Source: an uncultured Thermoleophilaceae bacterium (GTDB taxonomy: Bacteria > Actinomycetota > Thermoleophilia > Solirubrobacterales > Thermoleophilaceae). Taken from it: DNA of 64,000 bases. The stretch is taken from contig OY970162.1 of assembly GCA_963706635.1 (NCBI GenBank), positions 479,696-543,695 on the forward strand, written 5' to 3'. The position numbers were made by a program, and so were the translations under genes. The notes under the pieces were generated by a model. That model was not told the DNA's origin and made no database searches. It saw nothing but the letters and a program-made list of their open reading frames with translations. This document shows, one piece after another, positions 8,497 to 18,002 of this stretch; the first letter of the stretch is position 1; each line of letters starts with the position of its first letter.

Positions 8497-10029
8497 ATGA
8501 ACGAGCCTCCTCCCGAGAGCCTGACCGGTCGCGTGCTGCGCGGCGTGGGGCAGGCCGGATCGGGCTTTCTGCTCACCCAGCTGATCACGCTCGCCACCTA
8601 CCTGGTGCTGGCGCGGCTGGCCACTCCGAAGGACTTCGGCGACTGGGCCGCGGCCACCGTCCTGGTCGCCGTGGGGCTGCTGTTCACGGAGTCGGGGATG
8701 CTCTCCGCGCTCATCCAGCGGCGCACCCGCATCGAGGAGGCGGCGAACACCGCGCTGCTGGCCACGATCTCGGCGGGGATCGGCGTGACGCTCGTCGCGC
8801 TGGCGGCCGCGCCGCTGATCGGCGCCTACTTCCGCAGCGACAGGATCGGCACGGTGGCCGCGGTGGTGTCCGGCGAGCTGCTTCTGCGCTCGATGACTGT
8901 CGTACCCAACGCGATGCTCGAGCGCCGCCTCGCGTTCCTGCGCCGGACGATCGTCGAGCCGCTGTCGGCCGTGGCGTTCGCGGCGGCGGCGATCGTCGCC
9001 TGCGCCCATGGCCTGGGGGTCTGGGGGCTCTTGATCGGGAACTACGTCCAGACCGGGGTGGACGTGGCCGCCACCTGGCTGCTCGCCCGCTGGCGACCGC
9101 GACCGCGGCTCGCGTCGGTGGCCATGTGGCGAGAGCTCGTCAGCTACGGCAGGCACGTGATCGCGGCCGGGATCGTGCAGCGGATCGCGGACCAGGCCGA
9201 CCGCCTGCTGGTGGGCCGGTTCGTCGGCGCCTCGTCCCTGGGCCAGTACCAGTACGCCGTGCGAATCGCCCAGGTGCCTTATGCGGCGACGCTGTCCGTG
9301 GCCTCCCATGTCCTCTTCCCCGCCTTCGCGCGCATCTCCGAGGATCCGGACAGGCTGCGCGCCGCCTACTTCCGATCCCTGCGCTGGGTGATGGTGGCGG
9401 CGCTCCCCGTCTCGCTGATCCTGCTCCCCCTGGGCGAGCCGATCACCGTCCTGCTCTTCGGCGACGTCTGGCGGCCCGCCGGCCATGCCCTTATGGCCAT
9501 GTGCGTGTTCGCAGGGGCCAATTCGCTCCTCTCGGTCAACCTCGAAGGCGCAAAGGCGGTCGGCCGCCCCGACATCCTCGCCAAGGTCCACCTCGCGATG
9601 GCCCTGGCAACCGTGGGCGCGATGGCGGCCCTCATCGCCCCGTTCGGCCTCTACGGCGTCGCGGCCGGCCTGTCCATCGGCGCCGCCGTCGGAGCCGCCC
9701 ACGCCTCCGTCTCGTTCACGCGCGCCGTCTCGGCCCCGCTCGGGCGCATGTGGGCACAGGTCTGGCCGCCGGCGATCGCGGCCGTCGTGATGGCCGCCGC
9801 CCTGTTCCCGGTCGAGCACCTGCTGGTCCACGCGAGCGAGCACGGCACCGTGGTGGGGCTCGTGCTGCTCGCCGCCGAGAGCCTGCTCGGAGCCGTCGTC
9901 TACCTGGCGGCGCTCGCGATCGTCGCGCCCGCCACGGGCCGTGCCCTCGCTCGAGGCGCGGGGGCGGCGTTCAGGCGAATCCGGGCCGGGCGCGGCACGC
10001 CCGTGCCGGGGGCGGGTGGCGGTGTCTGA
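8497..10029 (+). CDS. Wzx-type polysaccharide flippase (MOP/PST family)
   Basis: 510 aa, about 12-14 TM helices. N-terminus GVGQAGSGFLLTQLITLATYLVLARLATPKDFG and LIQRRTRIEEAANTA are typical of PST-family lipopolysaccharide biosynthesis proteins. Confidence 0.85.
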   Translation: MNEPPPESLTGRVLRGVGQAGSGFLLTQLITLATYLVLARLATPKDFGDWAAATVLVAVGLLFTESGMLSALIQRRTRIEEAANTALLATISAGIGVTLVALAAAPLIGAYFRSDRIGTVAAVVSGELLLRSMTVVPNAMLERRLAFLRRTIVEPLSAVAFAAAAIVACAHGLGVWGLLIGNYVQTGVDVAATWLLARWRPRPRLASVAMWRELVSYGRHVIAAGIVQRIADQADRLLVGRFVGASSLGQYQYAVRIAQVPYAATLSVASHVLFPAFARISEDPDRLRAAYFRSLRWVMVAALPVSLILLPLGEPITVLLFGDVWRPAGHALMAMCVFAGANSLLSVNLEGAKAVGRPDILAKVHLAMALATVGAMAALIAPFGLYGVAAGLSIGAAVGAAHASVSFTRAVSAPLGRMWAQVWPPAIAAVVMAAALFPVEHLLVHASEHGTVVGLVLLAAESLLGAVVYLAALAIVAPATGRALARGAGAAFRRIRAGRGTPVPGAGGGV

Positions 10030-10984
10030 GCCGACCCACAGCGTCGTGATCGCCGCCTACAACGCGGCGGGCACCGTCGGGCAGGCGATCCGCTCGGTGC
10101 TGGCCCAGACCGTCGACGACTTCGAGATCGTGGTGGTCGACGACGGTTCCACGGACGCCACGGAGGAGCTCCTCTCGGGTCTCGCCGCAGGGGACGGCCG
10201 CGTCCGCGTCACCCGCCAGGAGAACGCCGGGCCGAGCGCGGCCCGCAACGCGGCGCTGGAGCGCGCACGGGGGGCCTACCTCACCATCCTCGACAGCGAC
10301 GACGTGCTTGCGCCCGGATACCTCGAGGCCGTTGGCCGGACGCTCGAAGCGGACCCCGGCGCCGGCCTCGTCTACACCCGTGCCTGGGTCCTCGACGAGG
10401 CCGAGGGCGGGCGGATCAGGCGCGAGACCTACCCGGCGAGCTGGCAGGTGCGCTACCGCGGCAAGCCGCCCGCCGATCCCGAAGAGACGCTGCTGGCGCT
10501 CGCGGCCGAGAACTTCGTCGGCGCCGTGCAGACCGTGCGCGGAAGCGCCGTAGAGAAGTCCGGCGGCTACGACGAGAGCCTGCACCAGGCGGAGGACTAC
10601 GACCTCTGGCTCCGGATCGCGATCGCGGGCTACCGCTTCGTCGAGACCGATGAAGTGCTCGCGCTCGTCCGCAGCCGCAGCGGCTCGCTGTCCAAGCACA
10701 CGGTCGACCTGAACCGCGGGGCGCGGGTGGTGTGCGAGCGGCTGCTCCTCGAGTACGACGTGCCCGACGCCGTGCGCGCGGTGGCACGGGCGCAGATCGC
10801 CCAGCGCGACCGGACCATCGCCACCATGACCGGGGCGGATCGCCGCCGGGCGGCGGTCCTGCGCGTGAGGCTGGTTCTCGGGAGGGTCTACCGGCGCCTG
10901 TTCGCCTCCCGCTACTGGTACCGGGAGCCGCCGGCCGAGGTGGCCTCGACGTTCGCCGAGGCTCAGCCGCGAACGCGGACGTGA
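10022..10984 (+). CDS. glycosyltransferase family 2
   Basis: GTG at 10022 (or 10016) overlaps the flippase stop at 10027-10029. SVVIAAYNAAGTVGQAIRSVLAQTVDDFEIVVVDDGSTD and ILDSDD (DxD). Confidence 0.9.
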   Translation: MSEPTHSVVIAAYNAAGTVGQAIRSVLAQTVDDFEIVVVDDGSTDATEELLSGLAAGDGRVRVTRQENAGPSAARNAALERARGAYLTILDSDDVLAPGYLEAVGRTLEADPGAGLVYTRAWVLDEAEGGRIRRETYPASWQVRYRGKPPADPEETLLALAAENFVGAVQTVRGSAVEKSGGYDESLHQAEDYDLWLRIAIAGYRFVETDEVLALVRSRSGSLSKHTVDLNRGARVVCERLLLEYDVPDAVRAVARAQIAQRDRTIATMTGADRRRAAVLRVRLVLGRVYRRLFASRYWYREPPAEVASTFAEAQPRTRT

Positions 10985-12336
10985 ACGGCCCGCGACCGGC
11001 CCAGCCGGCGCACTGAGGCGCGGAAGACGGCGCGCCCGTGGCCGCGGACCCGCGGCCTGGCCGCGAAGCGTCCGCTGCGGCTCACGCGCACCCGCGCGAC
11101 GAGGCGCCAGTGGCGCTTGGTGCGCCGGTAGATCCGCGCGCGCTGGCCCGGCTTGACCAGGGACCGGGCCACGTGGCCACGCAGCTTCGCGTGGCCGCCG
11201 CGACGGGCGAAGCGCTTGGCGGCGAGTCGTACGGCGGCGCGGCGCGGAGCGGCGGCGGGGTGGGCCGTGGGACCGCCGTCCGGCCCGGGGATGAAGTCCG
11301 GGTCCCCGGCGAAGGACGAGCGGCAGGCGCTGCCGGCGGCGAGCCTGAGGTCCGCGCCCGAGCGGTTGCGGTAGTGCGGGTCGGCGACCTGGTTGGAGCC
11401 GCTCGAGAAGCCCCCGCTCTCCGTCGTCACGCCGCCGTGGGAGTTGTAGTAGGAGCGGCGGTTGCTGGCATAGAGGCAGTTGGCGCGCGCCGCGTTGCCG
11501 CGGCCAACCGTCGAGCCGAAGTACGACTCCACGTTCCAGCGCTCCCTGGAGTTGGAGATCACGTTCCCGGCCAGCTCGTTGTTCGACGAGGCCTGGCTGC
11601 CCTCGCCCGAGAAGGTCATCCCCATGCCGTTGCCGTCGATCATGTTCCCCCTGACCCTGGTGCGCTGGGCGTCCGGGTAGAGGTGCACGCCGAAGTCCGA
11701 GTTGCCGTAGATCCAGTTGGCCTCGATGCGGGCGCCGGTGGCGGCCTCCACGTAGATGCCGTGGTCGAGGTTGGTGGCGGGCAGGCGGCCGCAGTCGTGA
11801 ATGCGGTTGCGCTCGATCACGGCCCGGTCCGCGCGGCCCCAGTCGCCGTTCGAGTCGCCGAGGATGAAGCAGATGCCGGTGTGGCGGTCGGTCACGTCGT
11901 TGTAGCGGAAGGTCGTGTCGCTCGCGTTGACGATCGGGCTGGTACGCGAGCCCGAGCCGTCGAGCCAGAGGCGCTCGACCACTACGTAGGGAGCCTGCTT
12001 GTGGACCTCGAACTGGCCGATCACGGTCGCCTTCTCGCCCGGGTAGCCGCGGACGGTGAGTGGCGCGCCGGCGCGGCCGCCGCTGCGGATCTCGACGTCC
12101 TCCGTGTAGCGGCCGGCGCGCAGGCAGCCGGTCTGGCCGGCCGAGAGCGACTCCACGAGCCTCTGGGCCGTCCGGTAGGGGCGGGCGAGCGTGCCGGCGC
12201 CGTCGTCCGAGCCGGAGGGCGCGGCGACCCTGTCGCAGCGGTCGCTCGCCTGGGCGCCGCCGGCGGAGAGCAGGAGCAGCGCCACAGCCACGAGGCTGCA
12301 GGCCAGTGCTCGAATGCGTGCCGGGACGCTGGGCAT
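10963..12336 (-). CDS. secreted parallel beta-helix repeat protein (paralogue 2) with Arg-rich C-terminal module
   Basis: 457 aa. Signal peptide LACSLVAVALLLLSAGGAQA. NRIHDCGRLPATNLDHGIYVEAATGARIEANWIYGNSDFGVHLYPDAQRTRVRGNMIDGNGMGMTFSGE. The 3' end overlaps convergent GT2 by 22 nt. Confidence 0.75.
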   Translation of the reverse strand: MPSVPARIRALACSLVAVALLLLSAGGAQASDRCDRVAAPSGSDDGAGTLARPYRTAQRLVESLSAGQTGCLRAGRYTEDVEIRSGGRAGAPLTVRGYPGEKATVIGQFEVHKQAPYVVVERLWLDGSGSRTSPIVNASDTTFRYNDVTDRHTGICFILGDSNGDWGRADRAVIERNRIHDCGRLPATNLDHGIYVEAATGARIEANWIYGNSDFGVHLYPDAQRTRVRGNMIDGNGMGMTFSGEGSQASSNNELAGNVISNSRERWNVESYFGSTVGRGNAARANCLYASNRRSYYNSHGGVTTESGGFSSGSNQVADPHYRNRSGADLRLAAGSACRSSFAGDPDFIPGPDGGPTAHPAAAPRRAAVRLAAKRFARRGGHAKLRGHVARSLVKPGQRARIYRRTKRHWRLVARVRVSRSGRFAARPRVRGHGRAVFRASVRRLGRSRAVHVRVRG

Positions 12337-12459
12337 GCGGCATGGATCGAGCAGGGCCTGTGGCCCTGAAAACCCACACCGGGCCTGCTAGGACGTTCGT
12401 CCAGCGGAGACCTGGGCGCCGCTGGACCGTCGTCCGATGGGGCAGCGTAGATTGGCCCC

Positions 12460-13218
12460 GTGGCCGACCTCCTGGTGCTCTGCTACCACGCTCTGAGCGA
12501 CGCCTGGCCGGCGGACCTCGCGGTCACTCCGGACAGCTTCGAGGCGCAGCTCGAGGAGCTGGTCGGGCGCGGCTACCGGGGGGTCACGTTCACCGAGGCG
12601 GTGCGCGCTGACGATGGGGGCGGCCCCCGCGTGGCGATCACCTTCGACGACGCCTACCGCTCCGTGATCGAGCTGGGCTTGCCGGTTCTGGGCCGGCTGG
12701 GCCTGCCGGCCACGGTCTTCGTCCCCTCCGACTTCCTGGGCAGCCCCGAGCCGATGTCCTGGGCGGGCATCGACCGCTGGCTGGACGGTCCGCACGCCAG
12801 CGAGATGATGTGCATGGACCGCGACCAGCTGCTGGAGCTGGCCGCCGCGGGCTGGGAGCTGGGCTCGCACAGCCGCTCGCACCCCCATCTCCCGGCGATC
12901 CCCGAGGGCCGCCTGGCGGACCAGCTCGCGGGCTCGAAGGCCACGCTCGAGGAGGCCCTCGACCTGCCCTGTCCCTCGCTCGCCTACCCCTATGGCGACG
13001 TGAACCGCGCGGTGGCCCGCGCGGCCGGCAGCGCCGGCTACGAGACCGCCTGCACGCTCAGGGCATTCGAGCTACGCCGTAACCCGCTGGTCTGGCCGCG
13101 CGTGGGCGTCTATCGCGGGGACTCGCTCGAGCGTTTTCGGCTCAAGGTGTCGCCGCTCGCCCGGCGGCTCAAGCTCTCGGCTCTACGCCACCCGATTGCC
13201 GCGCTACGCCGCAGGTAG
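12460..13218 (+). CDS. polysaccharide deacetylase (NodB homology domain, CE4)
   Basis: 252 aa, GTG start. VAITFDDAYRSV (TFDD motif) and GSHSRSHPHL His motif. Confidence 0.85.
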   Translation: MADLLVLCYHALSDAWPADLAVTPDSFEAQLEELVGRGYRGVTFTEAVRADDGGGPRVAITFDDAYRSVIELGLPVLGRLGLPATVFVPSDFLGSPEPMSWAGIDRWLDGPHASEMMCMDRDQLLELAAAGWELGSHSRSHPHLPAIPEGRLADQLAGSKATLEEALDLPCPSLAYPYGDVNRAVARAAGSAGYETACTLRAFELRRNPLVWPRVGVYRGDSLERFRLKVSPLARRLKLSALRHPIAALRRR

Positions 13219-13228
13219 GCGGACAGAC

Positions 13229-13262
13229 GAACGCGAGCGCCGGTATCCCGGCACCCGCGTTC
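13229..13262. terminator. imperfect hairpin between convergent genes
   Basis: gaacgcgagcgccgg-tatc-ccggcacccgcgttc: 15-bp stem with 2 mismatches, followed by tgaatcttt. Confidence 0.4.
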
Positions 13263-13280
13263 TGAATCTTTGACTGCCCG

Positions 13281-13586
13281 CTAAGCGCGCGTCGGACGAT
13301 GAGTCAGACGACGCAGGCCGAAGCCGAGGCCCAGCAACATACCGCCGGCTCCGACGATCACGCTGAGGTCGGAGCCCGTGAACGGAAGGCTTCCGCCGGC
13401 GTTCCCGCTGGTGGTGCCGGAGGCACCGCCGCCGTTGTTACCGCCCGACCCCTGTTCGAGGCCGGCGACCACGTCATTCGATCCCGCATAGCCGCCCTTC
13501 TCGCTTCCGGACGCAGCGAACGCCGCCGATGGCGCGAGTAGTGCCACAGCACTAGCGATCGCAAGGATCTTCTTGATCTTCAGCAT
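13281..13586 (-). CDS. very small Gly/Ser/Asn-rich LPXTG (LPFTG) cell-wall-anchored protein
   Basis: ATG at 13586 with AAGGAG upstream. Signal peptide MLKIKKILAIASAVALLAPSAAFA. C-terminal sorting signal LPFTG, then hydrophobic SDLSVIVGAGGMLLGLGFGL, then RRLTHRPTRA. Confidence 0.7.
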   Translation of the reverse strand: MLKIKKILAIASAVALLAPSAAFAASGSEKGGYAGSNDVVAGLEQGSGGNNGGGASGTTSGNAGGSLPFTGSDLSVIVGAGGMLLGLGFGLRRLTHRPTRA

Positions 13587-13745
13587 GGGACCAGAGCACT
13601 CCTTTGTAGACGCGATGACTCGGCCCATCCATGGCCGATCATTCCCGCTCGTGAAATTGGTAAACGGGGAACCCGCTTCTCCGATGCTTTGATACCACGG
13701 ATTCTTGCCTGCCGCAAATCAAAGCAACCGGTTGGACTATAGCTG

Positions 13746-13765
13746 GGCGAGCGGCGCCGCTCGCC
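13746..13765. terminator. perfect 20-bp palindrome just downstream of the Wzy-TPR gene stop
   Basis: ggcgagcggcgccgctcgcc is self-complementary. No U-tract. Confidence 0.3.
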
Positions 13766-13769
13766 AGTG

Positions 13770-15818
13770 CTATTCCGGCCCGATCCGGTCGTCGATGTCC
13801 CGCCTGACGAGCCTCTCCAGCCGTTCGGGAGTGAACTGTCTTCCGCGCTCAACCGTGTGCAAAGCCACGCCTGTCGGGCCGTCGCGGGGTGCCAGCGAGT
13901 GCGCCTTGCGCAGGAGCCGCAGGGCCTCGGCGCGATGGCCCTCGAGCGAGGCCACCGCCCCCAGCTCCAGGTAGGGGAAGGCCTGGCCGGGATCGCGGCT
14001 GATCGCCTTGCGGAGATGGACCTTGGCCTGGGGCTCCCTCATCGTCCTCAGCTCGATCAGGGCCGCGGTCTCGTAGGCCAGGGTCGACAGGGGGTTGAGC
14101 TTGGACGAGCGGTCCAGGCGGTCCAAGGCGCCAACCGGGTCGCTGGCGGCCCGGTCCTGGGCCGCCTGAAGGTCACGCGCCCCGAGCCAGGGCAGTGCCA
14201 TGGCGGCCCCGATCGCGACGCCCACGAGGCCCAGGGCCACGGCCGCGACCCGGCCGCCAGACAGCCGCCCCGCGGGCTCGGGCCGACCCGAGCCGAGCGC
14301 CGCCGCGATGCCGAGCATGGCGAACGCCGGCGCGCCGAGGCCCGCAAACTCCCAGATCCAGTCGAGCGCGCCGTGGACGAGGAAGTAGGCGAACATGACC
14401 AGCGCCGCGCCCCCCGCTACTCCCGCGAGCCTCGGCCGGCGCAGGGCAGGGAAGGCGGCGGTCAGGGCGGCGGCGAGCGCTCCAAAGAAGAGCAGGCCGC
14501 CGATCACCCCCGTCTGCGACAGCGGCCGGATCTCCGTGCTGTGCGGGTACTTGGGGGTCTGTTTGCTCTTGCCGCGCACGAGGTAGCTGCGCTCGAAGTT
14601 GTCCACACCGACGCCCTTGACCGGGTGGCGGGTGAAGTCCTGCCAGGCGACCCGCCAGTAGTCGTACCTGTAGGTGGAGACCGCGAGGCCGAAGCGGCTG
14701 CCCTTGAACTCCGGCTCGGTGCCGCCCTTCTTGAAGTCGCTCCATTTGTCCGAGGCGGCCGTGACGGGATTGCCCTGGACGACCGCGTAACCGCCCACCG
14801 CGCCGAGGCAGGCGAGCACGAACAGCACCACGAAGGCCGAGCTCAGCCGCCGCGCGGGGGTCTCTCCCAGGCGCACCCGCCGGTCGAGCAGGGCGGCGGC
14901 GAACCCGACCACCACCAGAGCGCCGCTCACGAGCAGGGCCGCTCGGGTGGCGTCCTTCAGCGGCTGCCCCGGCGGGCGCAGCGCGTGCCAATGCTCGTAG
15001 ACGTCGAGGAGGGGCCGGCGGATGATCAGGATGGCGCCCGCAAGGACCGCGATGGACACGATCGTCCGCCCGCGTCCCGGCACGAGCACCACGGCCGCGA
15101 CGATCACTAGCGGGAGCACGAGGAACCAGCCCCTGCTCTCGCCGAGGACCGCCAGCGAGGCGAGCAGCCCCGCGCTGCCGAACAGCAGCGCCCGCAGCGG
15201 CGCGGGCACATCACGCCGGCCGGAGAGGATCAGACAGGGCCAGAACGCCGAGAACCAGAGGGCCACGTTGGCGTTCACGTAGCCGGTCGGCTCGGCCAGC
15301 CGCCCCTCGTGGAAGTACTGGACCGACTGGCTGGCTCCGTTCGCCTGGAGGAGCTCGACGAGGCCGACGCCGGCGACGCCGAGGCCGTAGATCCCCAGGA
15401 GCATCGCGGCCACGTCCCCGCGCAGGGGCCAGAGCGCGAAGAGCGCGAATACGAGCGCGTAGAGGACCGTCCGGTTGGCGCCGTCCCAGGCCGTGGCCTT
15501 GTCGCCGGCCCAGCTGATGGACAGGTAGCTCCAGGCGGCGAAGGCGGCGAGCAGCCCGGCGGCGAGCGAGGATCGATCGCCGCGGCCGGGGCACGGGCAG
15601 CGCGGCCAGGGCCACCGCCAGGAGGCCGAGGAGCAGCAGGCCGCCCAGGAGGAACGTCGTGGGGTTGAAGCCGCCCTCGTCGCCCGCGAACCAGACGAAG
15701 GCTCCCGTCGCCAGCAGGAGGAGCGGAAGCGAGGGGCTCGACCGCAGCAGCTCGTCGAGCCGGCCACGCTGCTTCGGCCGCAGCCCGGGAGCCGCCGCCC
15801 GGGGGCGGAGATGCTCAT
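13770..15818 (-). CDS. O-antigen ligase/Wzy-family membrane protein with C-terminal TPR domain (apparent frameshift(s) in the N-terminal ~90 codons)
   Basis: GVGVDNFERSYL and multiple TM helices. C-terminal TPR-like AYETAALIELRTMREPQAKVHLRKAISRDPGQAFPYLELGAVASLEGHRAEALRLLRKAHSLAP. The first TM (FLLGGLLLLGLLAVALAALPVP) is encoded in another frame at 15570-15760. Confidence 0.7.
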   Translation of the reverse strand: MSISAPGRRLPGCGRSSVAGSTSCCGRAPRFRSSCWRREPSSGSRATRAASTPRRSSWAACCSSASWRWPWPRCPCPGRGDRSSLAAGLLAAFAAWSYLSISWAGDKATAWDGANRTVLYALVFALFALWPLRGDVAAMLLGIYGLGVAGVGLVELLQANGASQSVQYFHEGRLAEPTGYVNANVALWFSAFWPCLILSGRRDVPAPLRALLFGSAGLLASLAVLGESRGWFLVLPLVIVAAVVLVPGRGRTIVSIAVLAGAILIIRRPLLDVYEHWHALRPPGQPLKDATRAALLVSGALVVVGFAAALLDRRVRLGETPARRLSSAFVVLFVLACLGAVGGYAVVQGNPVTAASDKWSDFKKGGTEPEFKGSRFGLAVSTYRYDYWRVAWQDFTRHPVKGVGVDNFERSYLVRGKSKQTPKYPHSTEIRPLSQTGVIGGLLFFGALAAALTAAFPALRRPRLAGVAGGAALVMFAYFLVHGALDWIWEFAGLGAPAFAMLGIAAALGSGRPEPAGRLSGGRVAAVALGLVGVAIGAAMALPWLGARDLQAAQDRAASDPVGALDRLDRSSKLNPLSTLAYETAALIELRTMREPQAKVHLRKAISRDPGQAFPYLELGAVASLEGHRAEALRLLRKAHSLAPRDGPTGVALHTVERGRQFTPERLERLVRRDIDDRIGPE

Positions 15819-16980
15819 CAGGCGCCCGACGGTCGAGGGCGGCGCGCTCCAGCTTCCGCAGGCCCGTCGCGCCAGCGCCGACGACGACGCGGTCCTGGTC
15901 GGCCTCCGCGAGGTCCGGGAAGAGCGGGAGCGTCAGCTCGCGTGCGCGCGACGAGCTCGCTGCGGGGCAGCCGGCGCCGGCGCCCTGCGTAGGCGCTGAA
16001 CTCGTGGACGGCGGGGTAGAGCACGCTCGTCTGGACGCGGCGCTCGCTCGAGCATGAACGCGCGCAGCGGGTCCCGCAGCTCCGCCCGGTCGACCATCAC
16101 CGGCATCACGTAGCAGGAGGACGAGTCCACCTCCTCGTCACGGTAGGGCACGGTCACGCCGGAAACGTCGCGCAGCAGCGCGCGGTAGCGGTGCACCAGG
16201 CGCCGCCGCTTGGCGATGTCGTCCGCGAGACCGTGAAGGCGGGCGCTCAGCAGCGCGGCGCGCGGCTCGTCCATGCGGTAGTTGAAGCCGAGGCCGACCA
16301 CGTCGTAGCCGGCCGAGTGGCCGCGGTGGCGGTCCCAGGTGCCCGAGGTCATGGCGTGCGAGCGCAGGCTGCGGGCGGTCTCGGCCACGGCCGTCGTCGT
16401 CGGTGGCGAGGAGGCCGCCCTCGCCGCAGGAGAGCACCTTGTTGGAGAAGAAGCTGAAGCAGCCGGCGAGACCCATGCGGGGCGAGGCCGGGGTGGTGGG
16501 CGGCTGTCCTCGATCAGCGCCAGCCCGTGCGCCTCGCAGAGCTCGCGCAGCCGCTCGACGTCGGCGGCGTAGCCGCCGTAGTGGACCGCGCAGACCGCCT
16601 TGGTGCGCTCGCGTGATGCGGGCGCTCCACGTCCTCGGGGTCGAGCCCGAGGTCGTGGCTGCCCGTGACGTCGGCCATCACCGGAGTGCCGCCGCAGTAG
16701 CGCACCGCCGCGGCGCTGGCCACGAACGTGATCGCCGGGACGATCACCTCGTCGCCGGGCCCGACGCCCGCGGCGAGGTAGGCGAGGTGCAGGGCGGCGG
16801 TGCAGCTCGAGAGCGCCACCGCGTGCGCCACGCCCAGGTGCTCGGCGAACTCGCGCCTCGAACTCCTTGGTCCGCGGGCCCATGGTCAGCCAGCCCGAGC
16901 GGAGCGTGTCGGCCACGGCGCCGATCTCGCTCCTCGGAGAGCCGCACGTCGAACAGCGGGATCAGCCGGTCGTCGGGCAC
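15818..16980 (-). pseudogene. DegT/DnrJ/EryC1/StrS-family sugar aminotransferase, broken by at least 5 frameshifts
   Basis: Fragments across all three frames: GDEVIVPAITFVASAAAVRYCGGTPVMADV, VHYGGYAADVERLRELCEAHGLALIEDS, FSFFSNKVLSCGEGG (PLP-Lys motif), VVGLGFNYRMDEPRAALL, LTLPLFPDLAEADQDRVV. GTG start at 16980 abuts the upstream stop at 16981. The 3' end is approximate. Confidence 0.75.
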
Positions 16981-18002
16981 CTAGATGTTCGAGTAGCGGC
17001 CGTCGAACGGGTCGCCGAAGCGCTCCTCCTCGAGCGCGCGCGACGATCTCGTCGATGCCGTCGGGTACGCGGTGCATGGGCTCGAAGCCGAGCTGCGGCG
17101 CTGATCTTCTCGAACGAGACCTTGTAGTCGCGCGGGTCCTCGTCCTTGCGGACGTACTCCACGTCGCCCCGGCCGAGCCGCCGGTGATGATCTCCACGAG
17201 GTCGAGCTTGCGGTAGTTCTCGTCCGAGTGCCCGGCGTTGAAGACCTCCCCGGCCACCTTCTCCGCGGTCGGAGCCGAGCACCAGCGCGACGGCCCGCGC
17301 GGCGTCGTGCACGTGGACGTAGGGCCGCCAGAACAGCTCGCCGAAGACGTCGAGCTTGCGCCCGGCCCAGAGGTCGCGAGTGAACTCGTTGACCGTGAGG
17401 TCGAAGCGCATCCGCGGGCCCACGCCGTAGACGGTCGCGAAGCGCAGGCAGGTGACGCAGAGCTCGTCGCCGGCCGCGCCGCCGTGGTCCGGTGTCGCCG
17501 AGCGGCGACGGGCTCCGCTCCTCCCCAATAGCGCCTTCTCGATGCCCACCTTCTGCTCGGCGTAGAGCGAGACCGGGCGCGAGCTCGCCGGTCTCGTCGA
17601 TCGGGACGGTGGGATCGGCCATGCGCCCGTAGTTGGAGCAGGTGGAGGCGAACACGAGCCGCTGGAGCGCCCGAGCTCGCGGGCGTCGGCCACCACGCCC
17701 CGGCTGCCCTCCACGTTCACGGCGTTCGAGAGCTCGGGGTCGCGGCCGCAGGCGGGGTCGCCCACGATCGCGGCCAGGTGGACCACGGCGTCGGCGCCGT
17801 CGAGCGCCGCGCCGGCGGGCGTCCGGCGTCGCGCACGTCTCCGCGGATCAGCTCCACGCCCTTGGCCGTCGAGGCTCGCGGCCACGTCCTCCTGGCCGTG
17901 CAGCAGCACGTCGAGCACCTTGACCTCGTGACCGGCGTCCAGCAGCTCGTCGACGACGAGGCCGCCGATGTAGCCGGCGCCCCCGGTGACCGTGGCCCTC
18001 AC
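16981..18002 (-). pseudogene. NAD-dependent sugar epimerase/dehydratase (SDR), broken by at least 5 frameshifts
   Basis: VTGGAGYIGG Rossmann motif. SLYAEQKV (YxxxK). FASTCSNYG, CLRFATVYGVGPRMRFDLTVNEF, VFNAGHSDENYRKLDLVEII and FEPMHRVPDGIDEIV lie in different frames. Confidence 0.75.
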
